From: a virus | IMG/VR virus record: IMGVR_UViG_3300025141_012314 | Coordinates: 1 to 64,000 of that record | DNA: 64,000 nucleotides | Direction: 5' to 3' (one strand) | Shown here: positions 7,746 through 16,471 of the stretch, piece after piece | How positions within the stretch are numbered: the first letter of the stretch is position 1 | Layout: every line of letters starts with the position of its first letter | Notes under the pieces: generated by a model | Told to the model about the DNA's origin: nothing | What the model saw: the letters and a program-made list of their open reading frames with translations, nothing else | Databases searched by the model: none | Position numbers and translations under genes: made by a program

Positions 7746-8079
7746 GGGTTTCGACAGGGTAAAAAAGAAGAATAGTGCAAGTAGTCAAACGTACCAGTAG
7801 ACTTTAAATGCAGATACAAAACAATAATTGCTAATAATAATAACAATTTCGAATCTGTCCGCCTAGCGGCTTAATCGGGAGGTTGCTTAGAGCCTTCTTT
7901 TCAATCTAAGCAAACAACAGACAAGTTGTAAAAATCAAAACCATCTAATGCAACAGGACGGTAAGCAATAGATTATAACCGTATAGCTTTTCAGTTTGTG
8001 ACTAAAACTGAATAAACTTGTGAATGACTTGAATTGTGATTTATCTTGGACGCCAGTTCGACTCTGGCCACCTCCACCA
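7736..8079 (+). ncRNA. ssrA: tmRNA (one-piece); tag ANNNNNFESVRLAA* at 7830-7874
   Basis: 5' GGGGGTG...TTCGAC pairs with 3' CACCTCC-ACCA, giving a G3.U70 alanine pair; T-arm GCCAG-TTCGACT-CTGGC; tag ends in LAA. Confidence 0.95.
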
Positions 8080-8128
8080 CTTACATAACAACAAAGCAGA
8101 TTTATAACTCTGCAAAAACGAGAAAATA

Positions 8129-10027
8129 ATGACAAAAACACTTATAATCGCAGCACTGTTAACTTTGACAGGCTGTTTTAACTCTGACAATACTGATACT
8201 GTCCTCCCTGACGACCCTATTGAAACACAACCTATAGGAAGAATTGGCGGATTTGTTGAAGACCTTTCGGGACAACCTCTATCGAATGTTTTGGTGTCCA
8301 CCGAAACTGAAGTAGCATATACCGCAGACGATGGCTCATATACGCTTGAAAACGTTTCACCAGATGATAATATCGTTATCAAATTCACCAAGTCAGGCTA
8401 CGCTTCAAACTATGAGGTTGTTGAGCTGATTGGCTGGGAAACAGCAACTTCAAATACAGCACTGATGGGTATCGGTGGCGTAGCAACCTTTAATAGTACT
8501 GAAACTTCACAGATTACTCTTGATGACGTTACTGTAGACTTTCAGGCAAACAGCTTTATCGATGGCGTTTCCGGAAATCCTTATACTGGTAATGTGATGG
8601 TAGAGATTACTCATGTCGATCCCACTACCGATGAACTTGATGCTGCGCCACGAGATCTTTCTGCGATTGGCTCTGATGGCTCCTCACAGCTTGTATCTTA
8701 TGGTATGGTTGATATAACTCTTTATGGTATTGATGGAGAAGTCCTAACAGTTAATCCAGACATGCCGGCAAACATTAAAATCCCAATTACTAATGGTAGT
8801 TTAAATGAAGATTACCAGCTTTCCGTAGGCGACACCCAATCAACGTGGTCATTCAGTCCTGAGCGAGGTATCTGGGTTGAAGAATCTGTAGGAACCATCA
8901 CTGGTGATGAAGACGGACTTTTCTTTACCTTTGAAGCGCCTCATTTTTCATGGTGGAACTGCGATCAAGGATTTGTACCTTCATGTGCATCAGGGCGCGT
9001 CATTGATTTTGTCGGTTTCCCAGTTAGAAGCGCTGAGGTTACCTGCGCAGGCGGACAAACAACGTCTACAGTCACCACTGATGAGGACGGCTATTACGTT
9101 TGTTCTGTGATGGTTGGTGATTATGTTAGCTTTACTGCCAGCACTTTTGTAGGCGGCCGCGACTGGCACAAGACGAAGGGAGCAATCTTTATGGACAGCG
9201 AGGGCTCCTCTGCTGCAGATTGTGAACCTATCCCAGATATCCAAATTGATGTTTGTCGTATTGCCGGCACCGTTAATGTGGAGAATTACGAGGCTAGCCT
9301 TAATGAAGACAGTTCAGAGACAGTAGCAGCTGATGGCTTGTCCGCAGTCTTTTGGGAACCACCCGGAGACATCTCATATTGTAATAATCCGCTTGATTCA
9401 TTGCAAGTTGGCGAATGTTGGTCAGGTACTAATGATGAAATAATCTCTAACTATCCCGAAAGCTCATGGCCTGGAATTCCGGCCTCTGCTCGCTCTGCAG
9501 GACTTTGGTTTGAAGTTTCTAATGCGCACGGATCTTATCGTATGGAAAGAACTCTTCAGGGAGTACTCCCCTTCTATGCATGGCAAACTCATAGCGATGA
9601 AAATGGAGATATTGTTACGGATAGACCCGAGTTTAACCAAGGGGACCTTCTTGCTGTCTCTGCAGCCGGTGATTCCGGGGCTTATTTTGGTCCCTGGGCT
9701 GTCGCTGACATCGCAGAGATACCTAGCCAAGTATTCTTCTCTAGCAACAGTCTGACGGCAACTGGTGGCAATCTATTAGTAGATTATACCAATGCTAGCG
9801 GAGACGATGTTTTCTTTGCCGCTGCAGCAGGTGATGAACAGGTACTTTGTAGATTTGAAGACGCCGGCGCCTTTAGTGTACCGGCTCATGCGTTGTCAAG
9901 CCTGCCCGCAGGCTTCGGAGGCGCCTCGGTCTTCAATTTGTCGCTGGAGTTAGCTCCCGGACCAGATGGGCTGCCTATCTATACGCAAATATACTCTGGA
10001 CAATCTGTGCCGCTCTCGATTGAATAA
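8129..10027 (+). CDS. Lipoprotein with carboxypeptidase-regulatory-like beta-sandwich domains
   Basis: Signal peptide with lipobox LTGC; G.V.D..GQPL..V.V and TTDEDGYY patterns; HFSWWNCD motif. Confidence 0.75.
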   Translation: MTKTLIIAALLTLTGCFNSDNTDTVLPDDPIETQPIGRIGGFVEDLSGQPLSNVLVSTETEVAYTADDGSYTLENVSPDDNIVIKFTKSGYASNYEVVELIGWETATSNTALMGIGGVATFNSTETSQITLDDVTVDFQANSFIDGVSGNPYTGNVMVEITHVDPTTDELDAAPRDLSAIGSDGSSQLVSYGMVDITLYGIDGEVLTVNPDMPANIKIPITNGSLNEDYQLSVGDTQSTWSFSPERGIWVEESVGTITGDEDGLFFTFEAPHFSWWNCDQGFVPSCASGRVIDFVGFPVRSAEVTCAGGQTTSTVTTDEDGYYVCSVMVGDYVSFTASTFVGGRDWHKTKGAIFMDSEGSSAADCEPIPDIQIDVCRIAGTVNVENYEASLNEDSSETVAADGLSAVFWEPPGDISYCNNPLDSLQVGECWSGTNDEIISNYPESSWPGIPASARSAGLWFEVSNAHGSYRMERTLQGVLPFYAWQTHSDENGDIVTDRPEFNQGDLLAVSAAGDSGAYFGPWAVADIAEIPSQVFFSSNSLTATGGNLLVDYTNASGDDVFFAAAAGDEQVLCRFEDAGAFSVPAHALSSLPAGFGGASVFNLSLELAPGPDGLPIYTQIYSGQSVPLSIE

Positions 10028-10084
10028 ATATTAAAAAACATTGCGCTTCCTTTATGAAACAGTATAACTATTATAGGGAGCAAA

Positions 10085-10753
10085 ATGAAACGACTAATAA
10101 TATCAGATATTCATATCGGAAGTAAATATTATAAAGCTGATCAAGTAAAAGCTCTATTGCAATCGACCGAGTACGATCAATTGATCCTGAACGGAGACAT
10201 TATTGATCTTATAAAAGTGCCCATCTTCACAGATCGGGCACTTTCTCTTTTTAAGGCGATCGATCCCTCGAAAGAGATAATATATGTGGTAGGTAACCAT
10301 GACATATCATTTATGGGATTCATAGGGAGTTCTATTGGTCCCGTCAAATTTGTAAATTCATATGAGTTTGAAGAAAAGGGTAGAACGTTTAGGGTACAAC
10401 ATGGTGATATTTACGACAAAGGCTGGATTAAAGATAGTTTTTGGATAAAATTATTGTCGCTTGTGCAAGGGTCAATAGAGAACTATTTTAATATTGACAT
10501 AACATCTTGGTATATCTCTCGTAAAATAAAGAAGCGCAAATTAAAAAGAATTTGGGATCTGTTGGATGCGAATAGTGACGTTGATGTGATAATACTGGGA
10601 CATACCCATATCCCAGAGGCGGTTATATGGGTTAATGAAAGAGAAGAAATAAAAACCTATATTAATTGCGGAGATTGGATATCACACACTTCATATGTGA
10701 TGATCGACAATGGTATCGCCCGGTTAAAAGAATGGAATCCACCAAAAGACTAG
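10085..10753 (+). CDS. Calcineurin-like metallophosphoesterase, LpxH-like (UDP-2,3-diacylglucosamine hydrolase) family
   Basis: SDIHIG, NGDIID, GNHD, HGD, GHTH, NCGDW motifs. Confidence 0.8.
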   Translation: MKRLIISDIHIGSKYYKADQVKALLQSTEYDQLILNGDIIDLIKVPIFTDRALSLFKAIDPSKEIIYVVGNHDISFMGFIGSSIGPVKFVNSYEFEEKGRTFRVQHGDIYDKGWIKDSFWIKLLSLVQGSIENYFNIDITSWYISRKIKKRKLKRIWDLLDANSDVDVIILGHTHIPEAVIWVNEREEIKTYINCGDWISHTSYVMIDNGIARLKEWNPPKD

Positions 10754-10977
10754 TTAAAGATATTTTAGTTGGTGATTTGGTGGGTTTACGTACTCGAAAG
10801 AAATCTACCAAGAGAGTCTGGGCAATTGTATTAGAGCTTATAGATCCTGATGATTTTCGTCGCAGAGAAGAAAATACAATTTGGTTAAATTACGCATATA
10901 AGGTCCACAGCGCAGGGAAGATTTTGTATATTTCAGCCGGTCAAATCGAGTGTGTCTTAAGCAGGAGCAAGAGTTGA
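10732..10977 (+). CDS. Small KOW/SH3-like hypothetical protein
   Basis: LVGDLVG...AIVLE pattern; start re-placed at the ATG at 10732. Confidence 0.5.
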   Translation: MESTKRLVKDILVGDLVGLRTRKKSTKRVWAIVLELIDPDDFRRREENTIWLNYAYKVHSAGKILYISAGQIECVLSRSKS

Positions 10978-11180
10978 AAGTTTATAACTTTAAAATGGAT
11001 GACTGGGCGATTTACAGACCAATGGGTAATACTTATGAACACATGCTTGAACACAGGTGTGTTATTTTAGAGGTCTTATACGATGATCCATTTTATGATT
11101 ACAAAATTTTTATCGACGTACGTGGGATTATTAGAAATGTCCGCGAAAGCGACTTGTTTCCTTACGAACAAACTAAATAA
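10974..11180 (+). CDS. Small hypothetical protein
   Basis: ORF-track frame; likely TTG start overlapping the upstream stop. Confidence 0.5.
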   Translation: MKVYNFKMDDWAIYRPMGNTYEHMLEHRCVILEVLYDDPFYDYKIFIDVRGIIRNVRESDLFPYEQTK

Positions 11181-11247
11181 TATAGAAGAACCCCCTTTTA
11201 GATGCCCTTGCTGTGGGTATGCTCCATGCGACTGCGATGATCACTAA
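11137..11247 (+). CDS. Possible Cys-rich micropeptide (...RCPCCGYAPCDCDDH)
   Basis: 36-aa ORF spanning the intergenic gap, absent from the track. Confidence 0.35.
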   Translation: MSAKATCFLTNKLNNIEEPPFRCPCCGYAPCDCDDH

Positions 11248-12151
11248 AGAAAATAAAATACTAAAAACATTGACAACATTTTTGATGATGTGCGTGGCTT
11301 TTCTTTCATGCAGTCCTGATTATGGGGTAAAATATGATATTATAGAAGAAATTCGCCCAACGACAGTGGTGATAGACTCTTTTTACCAGCAATCTCCTCC
11401 GGAGCATTTAGATGTTTTAATAATACTCGACACATCGGGCTCGATGAATGATAACTACGATAGTGTTAGCGCCGGCGTCGAGCTTTTAAGAATAGATATT
11501 GAACAGCTCACTTCTGACTATCGAATCGGATATATTAATACTAGTCTTCGCGAAACTTATTTTAATGGGCCTTATGATCAGAATAGTTCTATCCTTGACA
11601 TGCTTATGGCACCGTATACTTTAGGGGAAGATAGAACAGAAGAAGCATTCGCCGCCATGTATGAATTCACAACACAAACCCCTGAAGGCGCCGATTTCTT
11701 CCGTGATGGTGCCGATAAATTACTCATTTTTGTCTCTGATGAAGACGAACAAAGTTCAATACCGACAAACATATTTTATGATTGGCTGAGGTCAGAGTTC
11801 TCTGAAGTACAACAAGACGTTGTTACTATCGTTCTCACCGAAGAGTCTACATGTGATAGCTCTTACACCAATATGATAGGTACGAAATATATAGAACTTT
11901 CAACTCGGTTTTACAAAGAAGCGGTTGACCTATGCAGCGATTGGAGCCTATGGCTAGCCGACAGCACTTTTCTTGTTGGAATAGTGGATGAAATACCACT
12001 AACGAGAATACCGGTTATAGAAAGTCTTGTAGTTTATTTAAATGGCACAGAGATTACAGAGTGGAACTATGATGCCGCAGCAAATATGATTCTACTAGAC
12101 TTTGAGCCATCCCCCGGCGATTTAATCGAAGTGGGTTATGTTATTCTATAA
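11237..12151 (+). CDS. von Willebrand factor A (vWA) domain lipoprotein
   Basis: Lipobox-like FLSC after a hydrophobic stretch; MIDAS DTSGS; IFVSDEDEQS. Confidence 0.75.
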   Translation: MITKENKILKTLTTFLMMCVAFLSCSPDYGVKYDIIEEIRPTTVVIDSFYQQSPPEHLDVLIILDTSGSMNDNYDSVSAGVELLRIDIEQLTSDYRIGYINTSLRETYFNGPYDQNSSILDMLMAPYTLGEDRTEEAFAAMYEFTTQTPEGADFFRDGADKLLIFVSDEDEQSSIPTNIFYDWLRSEFSEVQQDVVTIVLTEESTCDSSYTNMIGTKYIELSTRFYKEAVDLCSDWSLWLADSTFLVGIVDEIPLTRIPVIESLVVYLNGTEITEWNYDAAANMILLDFEPSPGDLIEVGYVIL

Positions 12152-12181
12152 AGCGCTCGCTTTGAAACAATTTAAATTACT

Positions 12182-12190
12182 ACTAATTAT
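12182..12190 (+). promoter_or_regulatory. Candidate late-promoter variant ACTAATTAT
   Basis: Intergenic, before AAGGAG and the ATG at 12208. Confidence 0.4.
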
Positions 12191-12207
12191 ATTTTAAGGA
12201 GTATAAA

Positions 12208-12702
12208 ATGGCAATCTATAGGGATATGGTTGACAAGAAAAAAGAAGAAAAACCTACTGTAATGGTTTCTGGTGGTTTTGATCCGGTACATGCCGGACAC
12301 ATAAAACTGATTCGTGCCGCAGCACGACATGGAGACGTAATTGTGATCGCCAATTCTGACGAATGGTTATTTCGCAAAAAGGGTTTTGTGTTTATGGACT
12401 TTGAGGCCCGGGCGTTGATATTGAACGCTATCAAAGGTGTTATACTGGTTGATTCTGTAAATGATAGCGATGGCACTGTTTGCGAAGCAATCCGTCGACA
12501 TAAACCAACATTTTTCGCTAATGGTGGAAACCGCGGCCGCGACAACACGCCCGAGCAGCATGTATGCGAGGAACTCGGAGTTAAACTTTTGTGGAGCATC
12601 GGCGGTGACAAAAAATTAGCAAGTTCGTCAGACTTGGTAGAAAATGTCCGACAATTTGAAACACCACCCCACAGATATACCTCCAAGGTGTCAGAAAAAT
12701 AA
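12208..12702 (+). CDS. Cytidylyltransferase-like (HxGH) nucleotidyltransferase, TagD/FAD-synthase-like
   Basis: SGGFDPVHAGH, NSDEWL.RKKG, SSSDL. Confidence 0.85.
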   Translation: MAIYRDMVDKKKEEKPTVMVSGGFDPVHAGHIKLIRAAARHGDVIVIANSDEWLFRKKGFVFMDFEARALILNAIKGVILVDSVNDSDGTVCEAIRRHKPTFFANGGNRGRDNTPEQHVCEELGVKLLWSIGGDKKLASSSDLVENVRQFETPPHRYTSKVSEK

Positions 12703-12734
12703 AAGAAAACGATAGCTGCAGCCCTAACTATAAT

Positions 12735-13253
12735 ATGGGACATTCTACTTTGACTCTAAAACTTGACGCTTCTTATCGACCCGTAGGGGTGATTGATGCG
12801 ATCGAGGCTTTTGTCTTATGCCTTGTTGGCAAAGCTACTTCCGTCGAAAACTATGGGAAAAAGATAAATACCGTAGATAAGAGTTTCGTTCTACCGGCGG
12901 TTATAGTTCTACACAGGGTTATAAAGTTTAGATTATATAACCTAACGCCAAATCGAAGAAATATTTTATTGAGAGATAATAATGAGTGCCAATATTGTCA
13001 ACATAAATTTCCTCCCCTTGAATTGACAATAGACCATGTAATACCAAAATCTCGCGGCGGCTCCAATACATGGCTAAATTTGGTGGCAGCATGCAAGTCG
13101 TGTAATCAAAAGAAAGGAGACAAGCTTTTAAGAGATAGTGCAATGAGCCTATCGCGAAAACCATATGCACCAAAGTATAGTATTCTCAGCTCTTTATTAA
13201 GTGATACACGCGCATCAGATTTGTGGGCTGATTATTTGTGGGAAAAAAGTTGA
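12735..13253 (+). CDS. HNH endonuclease (McrA/HNH_5-like)
   Basis: RD...CQYC, TIDHVIPKSRGG...W.NLVAACKSCNQKKG. Confidence 0.9.
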   Translation: MGHSTLTLKLDASYRPVGVIDAIEAFVLCLVGKATSVENYGKKINTVDKSFVLPAVIVLHRVIKFRLYNLTPNRRNILLRDNNECQYCQHKFPPLELTIDHVIPKSRGGSNTWLNLVAACKSCNQKKGDKLLRDSAMSLSRKPYAPKYSILSSLLSDTRASDLWADYLWEKS

Positions 13254-13278
13254 CACAATAACCTTCTCATGTTAAAAT
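13250..13278 (+). promoter_or_regulatory. Sigma70-type promoter TTGACA-17-TAAAAT with extended -10
   Basis: Consensus -35, 17-nt spacer, upstream of the AAGGGAG SD and the ATG at 13306. Confidence 0.7.
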
Positions 13279-13305
13279 AATATTATACTTTATAAGGGAG
13301 AACAA

Positions 13306-13794
13306 ATGAGTATTATCAACAAAATCAAAAACCTAAACCTTTCAAACGACACCAAAGTTACGATGACTTACGAGGGCGCAACCGATGTGTTTGTGCATAA
13401 CGAGACAGCGATTGATACAGCGATCGAAGATACCGACGTTATTTCTACACTCGCGGAACTAATCACAGAGCACCCAAAACTGAATGCGTCCACCAAATAC
13501 GGCGACACCTCCGATGGAATCTTAAACCATCTCCGTTCCGAAGGGTATCTCGAGGACTATGACCGCGGTGAATTCTACTTTACGGATTTCGTTGCCGAGG
13601 TTATCACCGAGAATTTCTATGATCAAGACTTTATCGACTCGTCTGTGCGCGCCTACGATCACAAGAGAGGCGAATGTACCTTATCAACAGAAGTAACCAC
13701 CACCGTCGGTAATTTACTAGCAGAAGAGAGCGTTTCGTTGTCTGCATGGACGGTGAGTGTGCCAACGGAAAACGGCACCCTGACGTTTGATTAA
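13306..13794 (+). CDS. Acidic hypothetical protein
   Basis: 162-aa ORF with strong SD and its own promoter. Confidence 0.75.
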   Translation: MSIINKIKNLNLSNDTKVTMTYEGATDVFVHNETAIDTAIEDTDVISTLAELITEHPKLNASTKYGDTSDGILNHLRSEGYLEDYDRGEFYFTDFVAEVITENFYDQDFIDSSVRAYDHKRGECTLSTEVTTTVGNLLAEESVSLSAWTVSVPTENGTLTFD

Positions 13795-13898
13795 TCCTCG
13801 CGTCCGCTGCACCGTCGGGTAAATAATAACGGTGCGTGGCTGCCGAACGTCACGCAGGCAGGGGTTTGTGGTTTCCTGAGACGTCGAAAACCACTTTA

Positions 13899-13973
13899 GC
13901 CCCTATAGTTTATCTGGTAAAACAGCGGATTTGTAACCCGCAGTGCTTTGTTCGAGTCGAGGTGGGGGCACCA
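13899..13973 (+). tRNA. tRNA-Thr (anticodon TGT)
   Basis: Acceptor GCCCCTA/TGGGGGC plus ACCA; anticodon arm GCGGA-TTTGTAA-CCCGC (one A.C mismatch); T-loop TTCGAGT. Confidence 0.9.
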
Positions 13974-14012
13974 TTTTGGCGTAATATAAAATAAGATTTG
14001 TTTAAGCAAGAG

Positions 14013-14021
14013 ACTATTTAT
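14013..14021 (+). promoter_or_regulatory. Candidate late-promoter motif ACTATTTAT
   Basis: Intergenic, upstream of PIN-PhoH. Confidence 0.45.
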
Positions 14022-14048
14022 CGATAGTACCATTAAATGCAGGATTAC

Positions 14049-15404
14049 ATGAGCAAAAAGAAGAATTATGTATTAGACACTAGCGTCTATTTAACTGACG
14101 CAGAAGCAATATACAAGTTTAGCAATCATGATATTTTTATACCCCTTAAGGTATTAGAAGAAATTGATAAGCATAAAAAGCGCCAAGATTCTGTCGGAGT
14201 CAATGCGCGCCGCATAATCCGTATCCTCGACGAAATCCGTCGCCGCGGCAATCTTAATACAGGGGTGAGAATTGAAAAAGGAAAAGGATTGGTAACAGTG
14301 ATGTCTTATTCCTGTGTAACTTCTTCTATCTCTTTTCCTCCGGATTTGGATCTCCGAGTGCCCGATCACGTTATAATCGCCACTGCCCAAGCGATCATAA
14401 CTAAAGAACATCTCAAAGAATCAAAAAGAGCACCCAGAGAGACAATTTTAGTCTCCCGGGACATCAACATGAGGGTTATTTGTGATTCGATTGGAATAAA
14501 GTCAGAAGAATACAATACAGATAAAGCGCTTGAAAGCTCTGCAGAGTTGTATCAGGGCTTCGCAGAACATCTTGTCGATGACGCTGTAATCGATCGGTTC
14601 TACAATGATGAAGATGTGTTTATTTCTGATAGTGAAATGGAAACCGAGTGGTATCCAAACCAATATGTTATGATGGTTTCTAATGCTAATCCCAAAAAGA
14701 CTGCTTTGGCACGTTTTAGAGATATTCACCGCCCGCTTCGGAAAGTGATCCACGGGGCTATACCAGACTGGAAAATCAAGTCTCGCAACAAAGAACAAGC
14801 TTTCGCCATCGATCTTTTATTAAATCCGGACGTAAAGGTCGTCTCTCTTGTCGGAATGGCCGGGAGTGGTAAGACCCTTCTTGCCATAGCAGCCGGACTA
14901 CAACAGACCATAGGTCTCCGGGAAAACCCATATACACGTATGATTGTCTCCCGCCCTGTCCAACCGCTGGGGAAGGACATAGGATTCCTTCCGGGCACAG
15001 TGGATGAGAAAATGCTTCCATGGCTTATGCCGATTCAAGATAATCTTAAGTTCTTGATGGGAGATAAAGCGTCGGTTGAGATGTATATGGAGAAAGGCAA
15101 GATTGAAATCGAAGCTCTTACATATATTCGTGGCCGGTCGATTGCAAATGCGTTCATGATTATTGACGAAGCTCAAAACCTTACCATGCACGAGATTAAA
15201 ACAATTATCACACGCGTCGGAGACGGGACCAAGGTGATACTTACAGGCGATATTGAACAGATTGACAATATTTATGTCAATGAAACATCAAATGGGCTCG
15301 CTCATGCAGTGGAAAAGTTTAAAGAGTTTCCAATTGCAGGGCATGTTACATTTAAAAAGGGCGAAAGAAGTGAAGTTGCAACGATGGCAGCTAAGGTTTT
15401 ATAG
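14049..15404 (+). CDS. phoH: PIN-domain + PhoH ATPase (PhoH2/YlaK-like)
   Basis: YVLDTSV and LVSRDINMR (PIN); GMAGSGKT Walker A; YIRGRS; IDEAQN; GDIEQID. Confidence 0.9.
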   Translation: MSKKKNYVLDTSVYLTDAEAIYKFSNHDIFIPLKVLEEIDKHKKRQDSVGVNARRIIRILDEIRRRGNLNTGVRIEKGKGLVTVMSYSCVTSSISFPPDLDLRVPDHVIIATAQAIITKEHLKESKRAPRETILVSRDINMRVICDSIGIKSEEYNTDKALESSAELYQGFAEHLVDDAVIDRFYNDEDVFISDSEMETEWYPNQYVMMVSNANPKKTALARFRDIHRPLRKVIHGAIPDWKIKSRNKEQAFAIDLLLNPDVKVVSLVGMAGSGKTLLAIAAGLQQTIGLRENPYTRMIVSRPVQPLGKDIGFLPGTVDEKMLPWLMPIQDNLKFLMGDKASVEMYMEKGKIEIEALTYIRGRSIANAFMIIDEAQNLTMHEIKTIITRVGDGTKVILTGDIEQIDNIYVNETSNGLAHAVEKFKEFPIAGHVTFKKGERSEVATMAAKVL

Positions 15405-15442
15405 ATAATTCACCCGCCGATTAATATATTTAATAAATATAC

Positions 15443-15470
15443 TTGCAAATAAGATTTAATGTGTTATACT
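15443..15470 (+). promoter_or_regulatory. Sigma70-type promoter TTGCAA-16-TATACT with extended -10
   Basis: AT-rich intergenic region before AGGAG and the ATG at 15490. Confidence 0.55.
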
Positions 15471-15489
15471 ATTAATAGGAGTAAATAAC

Positions 15490-15792
15490 ATGACAACTAA
15501 AGAAACAAACGTGATTACTGAAGAAGAGGTACACACCAACCCTATGCTGGCGACAACGCCGGACAATAATTCGGAACTAAAACAATATCTCATTAATTAT
15601 ACCGGTGCAAAATTACAACCGGACAATGAGAAGGTAACAGCCCATATGATTATTGAAACTGTGGCCGCTGACTTTCCGGAATTAGTTTATGTTATCGCAG
15701 AGGAAAACTTTCTAAGAGGATATCAATTAGGACTAAATGATGCAGGAACACTTAAGACAGAAACAGATGAAACTGAACCAGCCGGGACATGA
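15490..15792 (+). CDS. Hypothetical protein
   Basis: 100-aa ORF with SD. Confidence 0.7.
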   Translation: MTTKETNVITEEEVHTNPMLATTPDNNSELKQYLINYTGAKLQPDNEKVTAHMIIETVAADFPELVYVIAEENFLRGYQLGLNDAGTLKTETDETEPAGT

Positions 15793-16438
15793 TTTTTATA
15801 CCAGCCGCGGCACCCATGTTTACTTTAAAAATCAGATAGAAAACCCAGATATCAGCCCCGAAGCAGTTGTTGCTTCAGTTGAAGAAAAGATCCCTGATCA
15901 CCTATTATCAGAAATGGAGATGATCATAATCGGGCATTTCAAAGAATTTGAAGAAAGGTACATTAGTGCCTTTTACAAAGACGGGATCTTACATATATCA
16001 AACGTTCAAGAAAGCGAAGAAGATCTGATAGACGATATAGTGCATGAGATCGCACATTCGATCGAAACACCGTATGGTTACGAGATATATGCAGACCAAA
16101 GAATAAAATCTGAGTTCCTACAAAAAAGAGGCTCACTCTACAATAAGTTAAACGCTCTTGGCTACAAAGCTCCCAAAAACTGGTTTACCAATACAGAGTA
16201 TGACGAAGATTTCGATAACTTCTTGTTTCAAACAGTGGGAAGAGATAAGCTGAGGATGATATGCACTGGATTATTTATAAACGCTTATGCAGCCACGTCG
16301 CTAAGAGAATACTTTGCAACAGGGTTCACTGATTTTTATCTTTATGCGAATAAAACACTGCTTAAAACGATTTCCCCAGTGTTAGCACAAAAACTTTTTT
16401 TTCTTCACGACATAAAAAACCTTGACGAAAGCATTTGA
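15737..16438 (+). CDS. HExxH zinc metallopeptidase-like protein (lethal-factor/MtfA-like)
   Basis: VHEIAHS and downstream YA.TSLREYFA. Confidence 0.65.
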   Translation: MMQEHLRQKQMKLNQPGHDFYTSRGTHVYFKNQIENPDISPEAVVASVEEKIPDHLLSEMEMIIIGHFKEFEERYISAFYKDGILHISNVQESEEDLIDDIVHEIAHSIETPYGYEIYADQRIKSEFLQKRGSLYNKLNALGYKAPKNWFTNTEYDEDFDNFLFQTVGRDKLRMICTGLFINAYAATSLREYFATGFTDFYLYANKTLLKTISPVLAQKLFFLHDIKNLDESI

Positions 16439-16450
16439 TGTGGTTATAAT
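16422..16450 (+). promoter_or_regulatory. Sigma70-type promoter TTGACG-17-TATAAT
   Basis: Near-consensus; sits at the head of the tightly coupled 16.5-39.8 kb gene run. Confidence 0.7.
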
Positions 16451-16471
16451 AATAAGAAACATGGAGTTTGT

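Noticed and set aside
7833-7847. AAT trinucleotide run as a microsatellite
   Set aside because: It is the Asn run of the tmRNA tag reading frame.
7935-8391. Minus-strand ORFs 7935-8141 and 8041-8391
   Set aside because: Antisense shadows of the tmRNA 3' end (WWRWPESNWRP-type translation) and of the lipoprotein gene.
12735-13253. HNH gene as an intron-encoded homing endonuclease
   Set aside because: It is free-standing, flanking genes are complete, and it is of the McrA/HNH_5 type.
13868-13894. Hammerhead-like words (TC-CTGAGA...GAAA) in the hairpin before tRNA-Thr
   Set aside because: The core is not CUGANGA and there is no room for stems I and II. It is also a weak terminator candidate (only TTT follows).
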